A DNA stretch of 62,729 nt, filler included, from Callorhinchus milii (Eukaryota), in NCBI RefSeq assembly GCF_018977255.1. It is 4 parts of 4 records of this genome, joined end to end, with 100 filler letters (N's around TTAATTAATTAA, not from the genome) between each part and the next. Parts side by side here need not be neighbours in the genome. Positions count along the whole stretch, not along the records: positions 19,466 to 41,929 come from NW_024705832.1; 3 more parts are not named here. One strand, written 5' to 3'. Made by a program: the position numbers and the translations under genes. Shown piece by piece: positions 25,940 through 39,462 of this stretch (position 1 is its first letter; each line of letters opens with the position of its first letter). The notes under the pieces were generated by a model, which had not been told where the DNA came from, searched no databases, and saw only the letters and a list, made by a program, of their open reading frames with translations.

Positions 25940-26330
25940 GACTGGATTACCTGTAATCTCTCCTGTTCAGCTTCGTAATCCACCACCTTCATTACTTTGG
26001 TGTCGTCTGCAGAATTTTGCCGCTGTGCTTGTGACTCCCGGTTCCATATCATTTATACAAACATTAAACAAAAGAGGTCCCAAAACAAATCCTTGTGGAA
26101 ATGAACTGGTAACACTTTCCCCGACTGACGACATACTCTGTACCACCGCCCTCGAGGTTCTTGCTATCACCAGTCATGTGTCCATTCCAATGTACTGCCA
26201 CTGATTTCCGCTTTCTTTACTGTCAGTACCGCCTCTCACGTGGAACAGTATCAAAGGCTTTACTGAAATTCAGATATACAACATCCCCAGCGTTGCCCTT
26301 ATCAATCTCACTTGTCACACCGTCAAAGAC
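25940..26330 (-). mobile_element. Degraded CR1-clade RT fragment
   Basis: PQGFVLGPLLFNVCINDM...AKF; upstream VVYLNFSKAFDTVP. Confidence 0.7.
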
Positions 26331-26379
26331 AACAAGTCAATTGGAGGGTTTCGGGGGGGAGCGGCTTTTCTCCCAGGTT

Positions 26380-26620
26380 TTGTTTGAACCCACCGCCCCC
26401 TTTTTTACGCCACTGTCACCTCTTTAACCATCAACTCATCATCCTCTCCTTTGCCTTCTTTCTTGTCTTATCTGTGTTCCTTGTCCTGCCGCCCCCTCTC
26501 AACTTGTCCTTCAGAGCCTCTCCCTCCCAACATGGCCCAGTTCTGACGAAGGGTCGTGGACCCCAAACGCGGACTCCCTTTCCTTTCTCCATAGCCGCTG
26601 CCTGACCTGCTGAGCTTTCC
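26380..26620 (+). mobile_element. Penelope-like 3' tail/pLTR relic with degenerate hammerhead motif
   Basis: ctgacgaagggtcgtggaccccaaacgcggact followed by ctccatagccgctgcctgacctgctgag, resembling a common shark repeat end (recognised from memory). Confidence 0.5.
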
Positions 26621-26739
26621 CGCTCTCTCTCTCTCTGTCGTTGTGCCCCTCACTATTACTGTGTGTGAGTGTGTAAATGACAGTCTCACTATTGCTATTC
26701 AGTGTGTGTGGCGGTACAGTGTCACTGACCATCACTGAC

Positions 26740-27110
26740 CGCTCCTTTCGCGCTGACCATCACTGAGTGACGCTGTGCGTCTCCCGCTTTAAAAGCCTCG
26801 GAGTGGGGGGGGGTCGGTCCGACGGCCGTCACGCATGCGCTTTGGCTCCTCACCCCTGGTCCCGCTCGAGCATCCGCCCGCACGCCTGTGCACTCCCCCC
26901 TTTCTCCAACAGTCACTTTCACCGCGCGCCTCCCGCCCCGCCCCCGCCTCGCCATTGGTTGGTTTGACCCCTCGCGCACGCGCACCTCTCGCCTCCACTC
27001 GCGCTGCTCCTGTCTCGGGAGGTGACCGTTGGTCTCCGCTCCGCGCGCGCAGCACTTTCCCGCCCATTGTGTCGACGGGACGACGTCCGCCTTCACTCCG
27101 ACCCCATAAC
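26740..27110. promoter_or_regulatory. CpG island with promoter-type motifs
   Basis: High CpG; GC boxes ccgccccgcccccgcc, attgg, tttcccgccc (E2F-like), cgcatgcgc (NRF1-like). Confidence 0.5.
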
Positions 27111-27199
27111 TGGTGATGAGTTACTGTGATCGGCGCTATTCTACACACTGTGTGTTATTGTATATTATTATATGGCATTGACCGTCACTGAGCCGCACC

Positions 27200-27510
27200 G
27201 CCACCCCTCTCTCTCTCCTCTCACTCTCCCCCCTTCCCCTCAGCCTCTCCCACACTCACTCACTCCTCCCTCCACCAACCGCCACATTTCTCTCTATCTC
27301 TCTCTCCCCCTCACCTTCTCTCACACTCTATCTCTCCATCCCCTCTCTCTCTCTCTCTCTCTCCCTCAACCCTTCCCCCCTTCACGACGCTCTTTCTCTC
27401 ATTCCCTCTGCCTTTCCCCTCTCCCTCCATCACCCCTCTGCCTTTCTCTCTCTCTCTCTTATTCCGTCCCTCTGTCTCTCTCCCCCTTCCTCTCCCTCTC
27501 CCCCTCAATC
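27200..27510. repeat. CT-rich low-complexity tract
   Basis: Polypyrimidine/TC repeats. Confidence 0.85.
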
Positions 27511-27922
27511 CACGACAGTTTGCGGTCACTGCTGTACACAATTGGCTGCCGCGTTGCCTCAGGAAATATAGTCAGTTTAGAGTTTGAGTTGTATTCTGTG
27601 AAGCGTTTTCAGTGTCTCAATGATGTGATCAGGAACTGTTACCAAATGCAGGAAATATTGTTGTTAATAATAATAGTAGACGGGCAAAGAAGCGGAGATG
27701 CAAAGAGCTACTGTCTCGCTTCTCGCAACAACAGCAGATTGTATTTCAAGTCGGGAGGCCATCCCAAGGCTCTGGACAGTCGAGTTCTGTCCTTTGGGAG
27801 CAACGATTATTCCCAATCAGCTTCTGTTAATCATGGAAACCGAAGCCCATATGTGCTCAGGATGGTCAAAGCAGTACATGAAGCGAGAAATTGGCCAAGC
27901 ATTGGGAGGCTTGACCAACAGT

Positions 27923-28217
27923 CGCTGAGAGCACTCGCTTTGCAAGTGAGAGACCTGAGTTCAATTCCAGGCAGAGGGCGAAACCTTGGGCAAGTTTCCT
28001 TTCTCCACACAGAGCCTCATAATTATCCCTCCNAAAAAACTAAACAATAATAAATTGGTCATTTTCAATCTACAACTGTTTGTGGGACATTGCTGTGCAC
28101 AATTGGCTGCCGCGTTCGCCCACAAATATACAGTCAATTCACTTTCCAGTGTGTTCTGTGAAGCCATTTTGGACGTCCTCCCGACGTGAAGAGCGCTATA
28201 TCAAATGCAAGGATTAA
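27923..28217 (+). mobile_element. Nearly full-length SINE
   Basis: B box, body and tail match the consensus. Confidence 0.85.
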
Positions 28218-28399
28218 CAGTGTTTCAATGGCAGCTGTACAATTTCCCTGTTGATCTCAGCAGTAAACCCAATTCATATTCTGGAGTTCCTTTGCCCTGT
28301 GTGTTCCCAGAGTGCACCAAATGTGGGCGACACAGTGAAGGGGACCTTGATATGGCTCCTCTTTGCGCTTCAGGGAAGAAAGCCACCAATGTCAATTAA

Positions 28400-29140
28400 T
28401 ATCAGTGGTTCCCATACACAGTTGTTTGAAGGTGGCAGGACAGGTTGCTATAGCTGCTAAATAAAAAGCATATGGGATACTTGGCTTGATCAATAGAGGC
28501 ATTGAGGTCAAAGGCAAGGAAGTTCTGGTAAAGGTTTATGTCACTGTTTAGGCCTCAGCTGTAGTATTGTGTCCAATTCTGGGCCCCACACTTCAGGAAG
28601 GATGTCAAGGCCTTGGAAATGGTGCAGAGGAGATTTACTGGAATGGGACCATGGATGAGGGACTTTACTTATGTGGTGAGACGACATCAACTGGGATTGT
28701 TCTCACTGGAGCAGAGAAGGTTAAGGGGCCATTTAATAGAGGTGTTCAAAATTCTGAGAGGTTTTGCTAAATGACAGAGGGAGAAACTATTTCCTGTGGC
28801 AGGTGGATGGGTAACCAGAGGATATACATTCAGGATAATTGGAGAAACAACCAGAGGGGAGATGAGAATACATTGTTTTTACATAGAGAGTTGTTATTGT
28901 CTGGAATACACAGCCTGAAAGTGTGGTGGAAACAGATTCAATAAGCACTTCCTAATGCAAATTGGATAGAAACTTGAAAAAGTAAAATTCGCTATGAGGA
29001 CAGGGTAGTGAGTGGTTTAGCTATTCGTATTAGGGAGTGAGTGGGGGAGTGGGACTGATGGATCGCTCTTCCATTGAGGCAGTACAGACATGATGGGCCC
29101 AATGGTCTGCTTGTGTGCTGTAATAATCTATGATTTTATG
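28400..29140 (+). mobile_element. Old CR1 3' fragment
   Basis: Degenerate [28 protein letters not shown]. Confidence 0.7.
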
Positions 29141-32100
29141 TTTCTGCAATATCTGTAACTTTGATAGAACATAAAACAATTCCATTATCATTAGTATTTA
29201 ATTCAAGTTAAAGAAATCGCCATCTTTCAACCAAATGTGAGTGCATTTTCTAATGTAAGCGCTGAGTGGCGCTGCAGGACCAATGTTGAACCTTGAACGC
29301 TTTCAGTTCTTTTACTTTTTGGGCACAATTGTGAATTGTGAGTTTCTTGAGCAGCGGCTTCAAATGCCTTTGGATTTCATAAATTTTGAAGAGAATATTA
29401 ACGAGAAGATGTTGCTGCTTCTGGGCACCGACCAGATGAGCTATTGACAAGCGAGGGCTGCAATCCAACAATGAAAGTTATTTATGCATTTGGATATTTC
29501 AAGTTCATCTGCTGCTCGATAGATCTGTGTATCAACCAAACAACCCAACCACCTATACATCAATGGTCAGTCCGTCCAGCCATCCATCCATTCATCTGTC
29601 AGTCCACCCAGACACTGATCCATCGATTCATAACAACATACAAACAACTGAACCCAACCGTTTGCCCATTTCCTCTTCGACCCAACCTGTCCAGCCATCC
29701 AGTCTGTCCATCCGAACTTTGAGCCATTGTGACCCAGGAAGTCTGTATTCAGAATACAACAACAGCAACTTGCACTTATATAGCGCCCTACACGCAGGGT
29801 AGTGTCTCAGAGGGGTTAACAGTGGCGGAGTGATGTAGAATCAAGTCTATCCATCTGTCTGTCCAATGGCCCATCTTTCCTTTCAACTAAACAACAAATT
29901 TGATGAGTCACCAGGACCAGATGGGTTTCACCCACGGTTGCTGTGGGAGATACGGGTTCAAATGGCGGAGGCTTTGGCCATTATATTTCAATCATCATTG
30001 GATACAGCAGTGGTGCCAAGAGACTGGAGAGTGGCTAATGTTACCCTACTCTACAAAAATGGGCAGAAAGACAAGCCCGGAAATTACAGGCCAGTCAGCC
30101 TAACTTCGGTAATGGGAAAGCTACTGGAGACCGTAATCCGGGACAAAATAAATCTCTACTTAGAGGAACACGAGGTAATTATAGACCCCCAACATGGATT
30201 TGTTAAAGGCAAATCTTGCCTAACAAATCTAATAGAATTTTTTGAAGAGGTGACTGCGAGGGTTGATGAGGGAAATGCGGTGGACATTATTTACATGGAT
30301 TTAAAAAAGGCTTTTTCACAGTACCGCATAAGAGGTTTATAAAAAAACTGGAGGCTCACGGTATTAAGGGGACAGTAGCCATTTGGATTAGGAACTGTCT
30401 GAGTGACAGACTGCAGAGGGTGGTGGTTAATGGGTGTTCCTCGCAATTGAAGGAGGTGACCCCAGGGATCAGTATTGGGACCACTGCTCTTTCTAATACA
30501 TATTAATGATCTGGACTTGGGCATAGAGAGCACTATTTCCAAGTTTGCAGATGATACCAAGTTAGGTCGGGTAGTAAATAGTGAAGAAGATTGTGACGCA
30601 CTGCAGGCAGACATACACAGAATGGTGGAATGGGCTGACATGTGGCAGATGGATTTCAATGTAGATAAGTGCGAGGTGATACACTTTGGGAGGAAAAATG
30701 ATAGGAGGCAATATAGGCTTGGGAGCTCAATCTGAAAGGGGGTGAACGTACAGAGAGATCTGGGCGTTCAAGTAAGCGATTCATTGAAGGTGGCAGAGCA
30801 GATAGACAGGGCAGTAAAAAGGGCATTTGGTGTACTGAGCTTCATTAGTAGGGGCATAGAGTATAAGAGTAGGAGGTTATGCTTAATCTGTACAAAACAC
30901 TGGTTAGGCCTCAGCTGGAGTACTGCGTCCAGTTCTGGGCACCTTACCTCAGGAAGGATATTAAGGCACTGGAAAAGGTGCAGAGGAGATTCACGAGAAT
31001 GATACCAGGAATGGGGAAGCTTAGCTATGAGGACAGCCTGGAAAACTTAGGACTTTTCCCATGAGAGCAGAGAAGGTTACGCGGGGACCTGATAGAGGTC
31101 TTCAAGATCATGAAAGGTTTCGACAGGCGAGATAAGGAAAAGCTGTTTCCGCTGGTAGGTGTGTCTGTGACTCGTGGTCACAGTCTTACGATATCTACCA
31201 AAAGAAGCAGAGAGGACGTTAGAAGAAATTTTTTCACTCAGCGAGTTGTTCGGATTTGGAATGATCTGCCCGAAAGGGCAGTGAAGTCCGATTCGATAAC
31301 AGCTTTTAAGAGAGAACTGGATAGGTATCTGGGGAAGACGGGTTTGCAGGGTTATGGAGAGAAAGCTGGTGAGTGGGGTTAATAAAAGTCAGTTGCTCTG
31401 TCAAAGAGCCGCACAGACTCGATGGGCCGAATGGCCTCCTTCTGTGCTGTAACATTCTATGATTCTATGATTCAAAATCCTGAGAGGTTTTGCTAAATGA
31501 CAGAGGGAGAAACTATTTGCTGTGGCAGGTGGATGGGTAACCAGAGGATATACATTCAGGATAATTGGAAAAACGACCAGAGGGGAGATGGGAATACATT
31601 GTATTGAGAGTTCTTATTGTCTGGAATACACAGCCTGAAAGTGTGGTGGAAACAGATTCAATAAGCACTTTCTTAAGCGAATTGGATAGAAACTTCAAAA
31701 GGAAAATTGGATCGATCTTCCATTGAGCCCATACAGACATGATGGGCCAAATGGTCTGCTTGTGTGCTGTAATAATCTACGATTTTATGTTTCTACAATA
31801 TCTGTAATTTTGATAGAACATAAAACTATTCAATTATCATTAGTATTTAATTCAAGTTAAAGAAATCGCTGTCTTTCAACCAAATGTGAGTGCATTTTCT
31901 AATGTAAGCGCTGAGTGGCGCTGCAGGACCAATGTTGAACCTTCAACGCTTTCAGTGCTTTTAATCTTTGGGCACAATTGTGAATTGTGAGTTTCTTGAG
32001 CAGCGGCTTCAAATGGCTTTGGATTTCATCAATTTTGAAGGGAATATATCCATCAATGGTCCATCCATTCATCTGTCAGTCCACCCAGACACTGATCCAT

Positions 32101-32370
32101 CGATCCATAACAACATACAAACAACTGAACCCAACCGTTTGCCCATTTCCTCCTCAACCCAACCTGTCCAGCCATCCAGTCTGTCCATCCGAACTTTGAG
32201 GCATTGTGACCCAGGAAGTCTTCAGAATACAACAACAACAACTTGCACTTATATTGCGCCCTACACGCAGGGTAGTGTCTCAGAGGGGTTAACAGTGGCG
32301 GAGTGATGTAGAATCAAGTCTATCCATCTGTCTGTCCAATGGCCCATCTTTCCTTTAAACTAAACAACAA
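28745..32370. repeat. Direct duplication flanking the CR1: copy 1 28745-29897, copy 2 31471-32370 (with internal deletions)
   Basis: ttcaaaat[t/c]ctgagaggttttgctaaatgacagagggagaaac starts both copies; aactaaacaacaa ends both. Confidence 0.85.
29898..31473 (+). mobile_element. 5'-truncated CR1 LINE (RT to 3' end, several frameshifts)
   Basis: [73 protein letters not shown]; 3' tail ttctatgattctatgattc. Confidence 0.9.
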
Positions 32371-33045
32371 GTGGACATCACAAGGAGACAATCGATCTGA
32401 CGCGTAACAATCTGTGAGATCAGATACGTTTAATCTGTGAGTCCATTTTGTTTTAAAATGTACAAAGCTCCTGTGGACAATTAAGGTTACACTGAAGATG
32501 TCACGTGTTCAATAAATATGTATTAATCAATGGAATAATTGCCAATTGATGCTCCAGATTGTTTAAATGGGATTTGTCTTCTCAAATGTCACTGCCGTTT
32601 GCTGCAGCCAATGAGAGAAAGCTTTGCCTGTGATCACTGTGACTGGTGACGCTCTCTAACGCTTCCACTAACACGATTTTCATCTGCAGATCAACAGCAA
32701 AGCCTTCACTGCCCACAGAGCACAGGCTCCGCAGATAGCACACCCTGACAGATGATGTGTGTCACTTATTGTCACTGCACTTTGAGCCGTGGTGCCCTGG
32801 GAAGTCTGTATTCAGATACAACAACAACAGCAGCAATAACAACTTGCAGTTTTATAGCGCCCTCAACGCAGGGGGGTGTCTCAGAGCTCTTAACAGTTGC
32901 GGAGTAATGTAGAATCAATTTTAATCTTTCCACAACAAGACCAGCTTCACGCTATTTGAAAACACTTGTAATAAAATAACATTGGTTACACTGTTAGTTG
33001 AGTGAAACAGAGAAACAACAAATATTAAGATATTTTCCGTATTAA

Positions 33046-33364
33046 GATAATAATAATAATAATCCTTGCATTTGATATAGCGCTTTTCACATCTTCTGAA
33101 CGTCTTAAAGAGCTTCACAAAATATACTGTAAAGTGAATTGATTGAATATTTGTGGGCGAAACTCGGCAGCCAATTGCACACAGCAGTGTCCCACAATAG
33201 TCGTGGATTGAAATTACCTTTATTGTTATTTATTTTTCTTCAGGTATTATTATCTCACGTGTGGAGCAAGGAAACTTGCCCACATTTTTTGCTCTGTCAG
33301 TAATCGGACCCAGGTCTCCTGCTTGTGAGGCTGGTACTCTAAACACTGAGATACAGGACTCCAC
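33046..33364 (-). mobile_element. Full-length SINE
   Basis: Head gtggagtcctgtatctcagtg, core and (TAT)n tail. Confidence 0.8.
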
Positions 33365-33969
33365 AATGACTCCACATTAATGGTGGAAATCTAATCAAAA
33401 ATGGCTGAGAGATGGCCTGATAGAGGACTTTAAATTATCTGAATTATTGACAGAGCTGATTTAGAGAATGTATTGCTACTGTTTGGTAAATAGGTGACTG
33501 AAGGATATGAATTTAAGATTTTTAGCCAATGAGCAAATGGAGATGTTAGTTTATTTTTATTGCACAGAGTGGTTTGGATATGGAGTGGGCTGACCGGCTC
33601 AGGTGTTGTGATAAAAATCCACATTAGTTTTGAAAAGAGCCAGAAACAAAGCTAAACTGGAGTCAACTATCGGTGTACATGAACAGAGCGAGTGAACGGG
33701 ATACAAAGGTTTGCAATTGAAAGAACCAACAGACACAGAATAAACCAAGTTACCTTTTCTATATTGTAAACTTCTTTGGTTCTCTGATTGAGGGGAAAAT
33801 GGACACTCTCAATTATTGTTCTCTCAGATGTTGTTTCACTGGTGTAGGTTTTAAATGTTATGTTTTAACACCTGTAATACACAGAGAATATAATAGTCTT
33901 TACATTTTATACAGCGCCTTTCATGTCAGGAGAATATTTTCATCACTGCACATGATTTCCAGCAGAGTT

Positions 33970-34400
33970 TAGTGCCTGTATTTGGCAGCACTTTTGCCTC
34001 TGATTCAAAGGTTGTGTGTACATGACCCACATCGGCATTTTAAACTCATACAGTGCTGCGTTGTGAGGGGTGCAATCCTTCAGATGAGACATTAAACGGA
34101 GGTTTGTCTGTCTGTTCAGGTCGATGTTAAAGATCCCAGGGCACTATTCGACACGAGAAGGGAGTGTCTCCCTGTATCCTGGCCAACAATCCCCATTTGA
34201 GAAATGTCCTTTTTTTTTAAACAGAGGAATGTGTTCGATAACATCCACAGAAACAGACGACCAAATCTCCTCCAATACAGCTCAGCCCCTGCACTGCAAT
34301 GCCGAGAGTTCCTGAGCTCCACACACAGACACAGGGCTTGAACCCACGGCCTTCTGACTGACAGGCGAGAGTGCTGCCAACTGAGCCGAGTTAATACACA
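33970..34400. mobile_element. Two old Deu-domain-type SINE pieces in opposite orientation
   Basis: Plus: cagatgagacattaaacggagg...aagatcccagggcactattcg. Minus: tRNA-like head ggctcagttggcagcactctcgcc...gggttcaagccc. Confidence 0.55.
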
Positions 34401-35807
34401 TAGTTCAGCGCTCAGACACAATACAAACAATTTACTTGTTTCCAAACACTTTATATAAACACTTAGACACAAAAGCTGCTTTATTTCCTGAATAGTTTTG
34501 GTTTCACAGTCACAGTCTCTAAAATACATTTCCAAAGATCAATTATACTCAATAAAAAAGGTTTCTGTTCTGCCATCACACGTGTTCCTCATATTGCTGT
34601 TAGATTGTAATAAGGCGGCCATAATAACAACTGCAAATTGTTATTCCCTCTGATGCTAATTTACATGTTATAGGTTTCCAATATTTGTTTTATTTTTGTG
34701 ATATACAGTTTGGGTGGAGGGATTATAGTTACAGAAACATGAAATAACCGAGAAACCAAGAAGTTTTAAGCTCTGTAACATGTTTATCTGGTGTTTGTCA
34801 TTGGTTTGTTGCCGGATAATATTAATGCTGTAGTGTGAAGTATTCCCCAATAGTTACAAATGCCGATTAACAGTTTTTGTAACCTCTGCAGAACAATATC
34901 TGAGACTTTAATTTGACAATTATTTTATTTCCACAGACAGAAGCCATGTGTGGAGGACGCTCTGTGTTGTTCGGTGGAACATTTTGAACCAGTTTCTAGC
35001 AGATGGCTTTCAGGTCAGTTTTACATTAGGAGGAAATCGCTCTAATTTAGTGTCAGAAAGTGCAGGTGTTTCCTGCAGATAAGGAACTGACTCTTTCTCA
35101 GATCATCACGTGCCAATGTCAATGATTTCTTGTAAGTGTTGTTTGACCTGGGGCAGCAGGTTTCAGTAAAAGGGTTAATTTAAATTAATTTTTTCTCCAA
35201 GTTATCAATTGTGATTTGTACTTTAATTTGACTATCCATATGGAGTACAGGGGCGGTGTGTGTGTGTTGTGGTGGGAAGGGGATGGGGGAGTGTTGGGGG
35301 TTTAGGTTTCTCATTGGAAATGAATTCACTCCTCGGTGGAACGGTTGGCAACAAAATGTGGAACTGAGTCAATCCTCTGCGGCAATCCTCGATAATCGGG
35401 TTCCTGAGCCACGTGGGTTAGGATGTAATCCAGGTCCTGCTGTTGGCAAACCAGCCTGTCTGCCTGCCCGATTGGCAGGACCAGTGGGCAAAGCAGTCAC
35501 AGTGGGCATTGGAGATTCATCCCATTTAAGTCCTGTTAACCCTGCAGGTCAAAGCACTAACACAGAGGATAATTCTAACTGGTCAAGTCGCAGGAAACTT
35601 GCCAGACAGTGCGTGCAATCGCAAGATTTCAAATTTAACTTATTAAACCCCAGCAGTTACACTTCCAAAGCCTAACGAACCAGCGTCTGAAATGCACCTG
35701 AATTAGGTGGGATAGGTCTGCTCCTCCTGGAAGAGATTAACACATTCCATTCGAGACATTAAGGGTTTCCTGAAGAACAGTTGTAGTTAAACTGTTCCCT
35801 AAACAGA

Positions 35808-36240
35808 CAACAACAACAACAAGATTCCATTTATAAAGCGCCTTTCATGTCAGGAGGACGTCCCAAGGCGCTGCACAGTTGGGTCATGACCCGAGCAGGG
35901 GGAAATGGTCAGGGTGAGGGGAGGGAAGGGAGGGAGCGAGGAGGGTGGTAATGGTCAGGGTGAGGGGAGGGAAGGGAGGGAACGAGGAGGGGAAAGAGAG
36001 TCGAGAGGGGAGCTGAAGCCTCGGTCAAAGAGAAAGGTTTTGAGACCGGCCTTGAAGGAGGAGAGGGAGGAAGCGGCGAAGGCACTGGGGGATGGAGTTC
36101 CAGAGCCTCGGGGCTGAGAGGCTGAAGGCCCGACCACCGATGGTAGGGCGATTGGGGCGGGGGATGTGGAGAAGACCGGAGCCGGAGGAACGGAGGGTAC
36201 GGGCAGGTAGGTAGGGTGATAGTAGGTTGGAGAGATGAAT
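35808..36240 (-). mobile_element. L2 3' fragment
   Basis: LSNLLSPYLPARTLRSSGSGLLHIPRPNRPTIGGRAFS; same UTR and tail as 7595. Confidence 0.85.
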
Positions 36241-38970
36241 GGAGAGTTTTGTCTCCTGTGCAAATTCTTCCTTAACCGACCCCTCTCTCACGTACACATA
36301 GACACACGTACATCAACAACAACAGCAATAACAAGATTACATTTGTATAGCGCCTTTCATGTCTGGAGTGCGTTCCAAGGCGCTGGACAGTGTACAGCAT
36401 TTCAGACCCGAGCTGGGGTCAGGGAGGGGTGGGGGGGGAGAAGGGAAGGGAGGGGAAGGGGGGATGACTGATGAGGAGGGTTTTGAGGTGGGTCTGAAAG
36501 GAGGCTAAGGAGGGGGTGAGGCGGAGTGATTGGGGGATGGAATTTCAAAGGTTGGGGGCAGTGTGATATATATGTATGATTTTGTATGCACAATAAATCT
36601 TCTTAAATGTTCGTCAAGGAACGTGATTCTTTCTGGGGGAATGTATCAAAGAAGTGATAAGGAGTTATATGGAACGCAAAGAATATTATTGTTTAAATAA
36701 TCTCAGAACGTTTTAAGATTAAAAAATTTTGGGAATCAGAACCATCTCTATCGTGATTCAGAGCTTTGGGACGTCCTCCCAGTATGAAAGTCGCTTTACC
36801 AATGTAATTTGTTGTTCTTGTCACCAGTTTGCTATAGTTGATGCAAGACATTTATGCAAAATGTACTTTAAATTTATGGCTGTATTTTACAATTTGCCAA
36901 GTTCGGGACACAGTAAAATTCTGCATTGAACAGTAAAGTGTGACACAAGCGAAATTCCTTCCCTGTTGTGCTGATTCTCAGAGAGGGTAACGGTAGGAAC
37001 CAAAACACCTGTACAGAGTGTCGGCTAAACAGAGGACATGGCCTGCATTTGAAATTCAAAACAAATCTGCGTAAATACTAATTCAGTGAGCGAGAGGCAA
37101 ACGTATGGAACAGACTCCCTCGGGAGATGGTTGAAACATAACCTGTTGATTCTTTCAAAAGCAAATTAGATGGATGTATTTTAGGAAATAATATTGTGGG
37201 ATACAGTATATAGTGTGAGACCTGACATGTGCATGTGACTGCCAGGATGGTGGAGGGCAAACTGGACAGACCATAATCTTCTTTCGACTAACAATTCTTA
37301 TGTTCATATGTTCAAACTGATCTGTTGCAGATCAGCTCAGATTAAAAGCGGATGTAACTAAGGATAAAAAATGCTTAAAAATACTGAATGCAATATAAAT
37401 CAAGGCTTGATCTTTGGTCTTAGCAGAATTGTAAAGGTAAATGTTACACAACATTTCCCCACTAAGCACCTGCTTCGGGTGCAGGGTTCCATATACCTCA
37501 ATAGAATTGGCTGTGAACTGGGTTAAAAGGGTATATGGCGGAGAGCGGGGAAATGCTTACTATTCGAGAGATGTAAATATTAATTTTAGAAAAAATAACA
37601 GCCGACAATGGACGCAAAATATGTGCTTCTGTGCAGGGAGTTTCTGTGGAATGGCGACAATATTAATTCTGGATCTGTTCATTTTCTTTAAAATATTGAA
37701 ATAGGTGAAATGGCAAACGGATTATTGCACGTGTCTGTCTGTCTCTCTAATGTTGAAACTAACATACGAAAGATGTACTTATTGATTTTCTGTTTGCTGA
37801 AAGTCGACCATCTCAGTAGTAATCCTGAGGTTTGTTATGGAGCTTTTCACATCAAGGAGATGAGTCAAAGCATTTCAAGAGTTTACTAAGAAGGGAAAAG
37901 GACCGAAGAACCAAACCCATAAAAACACAGGACAACCTGAGCAGAGCATTGGAGTGTATTTCACAAACATCAACTCCATTATTGTCAAATGCCGATGTGG
38001 ATTTGAGCCAAAAACCTCTGTCTCAAGTGGTTGCACATGTTGTTTGCTGCCACGTCAGCAAGACGTCCCAAAGCCTTTCACAGTTTAAACTGTGAAGAGG
38101 AGTCTGGGCCAACACAGCAGCCCAACTGCCCACAGCTGGGATTTGGGCTTCATGGCCTCCCACTGTGGTGCTGCTCAGATTGTCAGCTCAGCACAGGCAG
38201 GAGATGAAGCTCTCTGCATATATCAAACACATTGCACACTCACATTGTGCTATAAATACTATAACACAGAGCTGCGTGTTACTATATTAGAATAGCCATG
38301 TGTCTGAAGCTGTATCTGGGTGTGGGGCTGATCATTGGGGGATGGAAGCAGCTGCTGGTCACTGGAGCGGAGAAGCAATTCAAGTACAAAGATTGTCGCC
38401 CATGAATTGTTCCAGCAAAACCCGAACTGAAGTCGGACAGTTCATTCAACAGCTTTTGTTTAATGCTGAGCTTCTGTGAATCTGAACAATTTGGAAATCA
38501 GAAGTCAAGGCGGCATTGACACAAAGGGAACAGGAAAGACACAGATCAAACAGCTCACTAACTTTTATCATTTATTGATACTTCGGGCAAACAAATAGAG
38601 AGAATCTGTAGGCATTATGGAATAGGACCGGATCACAAATACACATCTTCAGAATGAAATAAAAGGACAAAATATAACAGCCTCTGTCTTTCTGTATCAT
38701 TACACCACACAATCAGTAAACAGCAAATAAAGAATATCAGAGAGGCGCTCAGTACATGAAATAACAACATTATGTATTATTAACAAAAGGCACATTGTAA
38801 CATAGACTAACAATAAGAAAAGTCACTAAAATTCATGTAGTTGCACAATACAATGTTGACTTCCCATGAATGGTTCATTGGGTGAAACAAGACATCACAT
38901 ACTCTGTCACAGGAAATTGAAGATAAACACAAACAGATGAGGAACATCGGTGAAGCTGATGGTAATAAAC

Positions 38971-38979
38971 TCATTTTAC
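38971..38979 (-). CDS. IGHM: IgM TM2 exon (VK*), cluster D; polyA signal at 38576-38571
   Basis: ttttattttccag|GTA AAA TGA on the minus strand. Confidence 0.8.
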   Translation of the reverse strand, partial: VK

Positions 38980-39462
38980 CTGGAAAATAAAAGTAAAGAT
39001 ATGATGAATAATTTCAGCCTGGGAGGAGATTTAGTATTCCAGATTGTGTTTATTTGTGTATATGAATGTCCACACATCCCCCCCACCACCCACAAACACA
39101 CACAATCCCAACTGATACTGTGTCAGTGGGTATTGGTCTGTCATTGCCTTATACAGGCAGAAGCCCTTCGCTTTCAAGTGTCCACAATATACTGAAAGAT
39201 CCACAAGATCAGTAAATGAGCCTCGCTCCTTGCCTGTGGCTATACCAGGTGAGCATATGTCAGGTGTGATAGGGTGTGTAATGGTGAGAGGATATGTCCA
39301 TCACCCTCACACAGCTTGGTCACACGGATCCTGTCCTGTGGGGACAGGGGGTGTTTCCCAGCACAGTGGCTGCAATGAGCTTCACCATCAGTTCCCGTGG
39401 AAGAATTATTTACCGGCAGCTGTTACATCAGATCATAGTGTCAATGAATTTCCTCTCCCCAC

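Noticed and set aside
27172-28050. 292-aa ORF
   Set aside because: Composed of a CT-rich tract, SINE pieces and unique filler; no domain signature.
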